Shown: piece by piece, positions 61,110 to 64,000 of the stretch | Layout: every line of letters starts with the position of its first letter | Numbering within the stretch: position 1 is the first letter of the stretch | Source: Octopus bimaculoides | Lineage: Eukaryota | NCBI RefSeq assembly: GCF_001194135.2 | Contig: NC_068982.1 | Coordinates: forward strand, 93,526,781 to 93,590,780 | Direction: 5' to 3' | DNA length: 64,000 nt | The notes under the pieces: model-generated | The model's input: only the letters and a program-made list of their open reading frames with translations | Database searches by the model: none | Told to the model about the DNA's origin: nothing | Program-made: the position numbers and the translations under genes

Positions 61110-62752
61110 GTATAGTCCATAAAGCTCAAGTGAGGAAACTAAGGATTGAAGAATGGTTAGTGAGAGCTGTGCCAGCCATGTACAGAGACGCTGTCAGTAA
61201 GGCGAGGTTTGGCAACGAGTACAGTGAAGAATTCCGGGTAGAGGTAGAGGTCCACCAAAGTTCAGTCCTCAGCCCCCTCCTATTTATCATAGTCCTCTAG
61301 GCGATAACAGAGGAATTCAAGGCAGGATGCCCCTGGGAGCTCCTCTGTGTTGATGACCTTGCACTAATTGCTGAGTCACTATTAGAACTAGAGAAATTTC
61401 AGGTGTGGAAGCAAGGACTAGAATCGAAGAGCCTTAGAGTCAACCTAACTAAAACCAAAGTCCTAATAAGTAGGAAGGTAGACAAAACACAAATTCCTTC
61501 AGATAGATGGCCCTGCTTGATCTGTAGAAAAGGCGTAGGTAGAAACCCTATAATATGTACTCAGTGCAAGCTATGGACACGAGAGGTGCAGCAATATCAA
61601 AGAAAGGTTAAGTAGGAAGTTAGCTTTTGCATGTGGCAGATGTTCAGGAGCAATAAACACTGAAAATGTGCAGAAAACTTCTGCCACATTCCAAGGAGAA
61701 AAACTAGACATAGTTGATAGCTTCTGCTATCTAGGTGACCAAGTCAGTAGTAGAGGAGGGTGCACTGAGAGTGTAGCTGCTAGAATAAGAATAGCCTGGG
61801 CAAAGTTCAGAGAGCTCTTACCTCTGCTGGTTACAAAGGGCCTCTCACTCAGAGTAAAAGGCAGACTGTATGATGCATGTGTACGAACAGCCATGCTACA
61901 TGGCAGTGAAACATGGACCATGACTGCTGAGGACATGCGTAAGCTCGCAAGGAATGAAACCAGTATGCTCCGATGGATGTGTAATATAAGTGTGCATACT
62001 TGACAGAGTGTAAGTACCTTGAGAGAAAAGTTGAACCTAAGAAGCATCAGTTGTGGTGTGCAAGAGAGACGATTGTGCTGGTATGGTCATGTGGCGAGAA
62101 TGGATGAGGATAGCTGTGTGAAAAAGTGCCACACCCTAGCAGTTGAGGGAACCTATGGAAGAGGTAGGCCCAGGAAGACCTGGGATGAGGTGGTGAGGCA
62201 CGACCTTCAAACATTAGGCCTCACCGAGGCAATGACTTCTAACCGAGACCTTTGGAAATATGCTGTNNNNNNNNNNNNNNNNNNNNNNNNNNNNNNNNNN
62301 NNNNNNNNNNNNNNNNNNNNGGCACCTGTACCAGTGGAACGCTAAGAGCACTGTTCGAGCATGATCGTTGCCAGAGCAACTGTCTGGCTTCCGTGCCAGT
62401 GGCACGTAAATAGCACCATTTGAGCATGATTGTTACCAGCGTCGCCTTCCTGGCACTTGAAAAGACATTCGAGCGAGATTGTTGCCAGTGCCGCTGAACT
62501 GGCTCCTGTGCAGGTGACACGTAAAATACACCATTTTTAGCGTGGCCATTGCCAGTACCGCCTGACTGGCCTTCATGCCAGTGGAACGTAAAAGCACCCA
62601 CTACTCTCGGAGTGGTTGGCGTTAGGAAGGGCATCCAACTGTAGAAACTCTGCCAAATCAGATTGGAGCCTTTTGTAGCCATCTGGTTCAGTCCTCAGTC
62701 AAATCGTCCAACCCATGCTAGCATGGAAAGCGGACATTAAACGATGATGATG
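61110..62752 (+). mobile_element. 5'-truncated RTE LINE (RT C-terminus to 3' tail)
   Basis: SVLSPLLFIIVL...WELLCVDD...WKQGLESK...GRGRPRKTWDEVV; full 3'UTR and tail; stops and frameshifts. Confidence 0.92.
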
Positions 62753-62754
62753 GT

Positions 62755-63060
62755 GAGACAGCTGTGACAAATTATGAATAACACTCTCTTTGACAAAATG
62801 AGGAATGAAGAGATTCTACAGAGTCCTGGTCAGCCTCCTATGATGGAAGTCTTCATTGATAGAAAGTTACATTGGTTGGGACACATACACGAGATGGACA
62901 GCAACAGACTCCCCTGACAACTCCTTTACTCTCAACTATGCAAAGGAAAAAGAAACCATAGGAGACCTTAACTGGGATTCAAACATACTGCAAAATGGAA
63001 TATGAAGTGGAAAGGAATTGATCATAATAAATGGTAAACTCAAGTGAAAATCTCACCATT
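62755..63060 (+). mobile_element. Old RTE/BovB-like fragment
   Basis: LHWLGHIHEMDSNRLP*QLLYSQLCKGKRNHRRP. Confidence 0.6.
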
Positions 63061-64000
63061 AGGAAAAATGTTTATTAAGTTATACCAAAGCCATAAAGTC
63101 ATAGCTGTGATGACTGACTGCAGATTATCAGAAATAATAAAAGACAATGTAATTAATAGGTTACTGTCCTAAAAAACACATTCAAATTTCGACATGATTA
63201 TACTCTCTGTAAAGTTGATGGATTGGCAGAATTGTTGGAATTGGATAAAATGCCTTAAAGAATTTGTATCAGTTCTTTAGATTCTGTGTTTAAGTTCTGA
63301 GGACATCTTTGCCTTTCATTCCTCAGAGATTGATAACATAAAGCACCAGTCGAGGATGGAGGTCAATGTAATGAACTAATCATATCTTGCTGATGTGTTT
63401 CATAATGACAAGATTAAAAGATGAAGGACATTACAACAGGAAAAAATTCAATATTTAAACATTTTAAGAATATATGATTTAATAAACACAGTAATGAAAG
63501 AGTAAACAATTTTTTAAACAATTTATTTATAAAAAAAACAAAAAAACACCCCTAATACTTTAATCATTTCATATCAAGCAAAATGTTAAATCTGAGAAAA
63601 ACTATGTAGAATTTCAGGAAGATAGACTTTCAATGGCTTGAAATCTGTGATGGATGAGGTAATGAAGGGTATTTTTTAACTCCTATTACACAAATAGTCT
63701 AAACATGTCTCAGTATAACAGTTTAAAACACTCAACAGTTTAAAATGTTGTTTTTATATTTAACAAGTTTTTTACACTTTCTTTATATGCTTTCAAGTTC
63801 TCTGTATTTTCACCCTCATCAATCATTGATGTTAGGGTTTTTTTGTAAGCCTGAACTTGAGGAAGAGCAGCAACAGTTTCTTCTGAGACATCCGATGGTA
63901 GATAAGGTAGTTGTTTGTCATCAGAGACCTGAAATAAAATAAAACATAAAAAAGGTGAAAAATTGATAATTATATCAATGAGGATAATAAGAAATCAAAA

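Overview
Repeat-rich, N-gapped animal scaffold, very probably an octopus. This is an inference from the SINE/RTE repeat families and the dense (TA)n, (CA)n and (AAT)n tracts. One host gene is supported: an NDNF/Nord-family secreted FN3 protein on the + strand. Its three coding exons splice in consistent phase (35853-36067, 41953-42059, 43643-44964; 547 aa). The rest is mostly transposon debris: RTE, CR1/L2, Tx1/L1 and R4/Dong-like LINEs, tRNA-SINEs, mariner, Tc1, and piggyBac and hAT MITEs. The signal not explained by the ORF track is a set of type I hammerhead ribozyme (HHR) motifs from several unrelated repeat families, most beside (TA)n tracts. They are (i) a decayed ~328-nt tandem HHR array that looks like a non-LTR retrozyme (5.5-6.7 kb), abutting a Penelope-like element relic with a GIY-YIG remnant; (ii) an intact-core HHR at 16.8 kb; (iii) an ultra-minimal HHR at 48.65 kb; and (iv) an inverted pair of HHR-bearing arms at 48.8-49.3 kb. 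Also notable are two inverted copies of one MITE tightly flanking NDNF coding exons 1-2 (a circRNA/ADAR-substrate geometry), an RTE with a twin-priming-like inversion, and (AAT)n-associated R4-like elements. All alignments and folds were done by eye, with no database searches.
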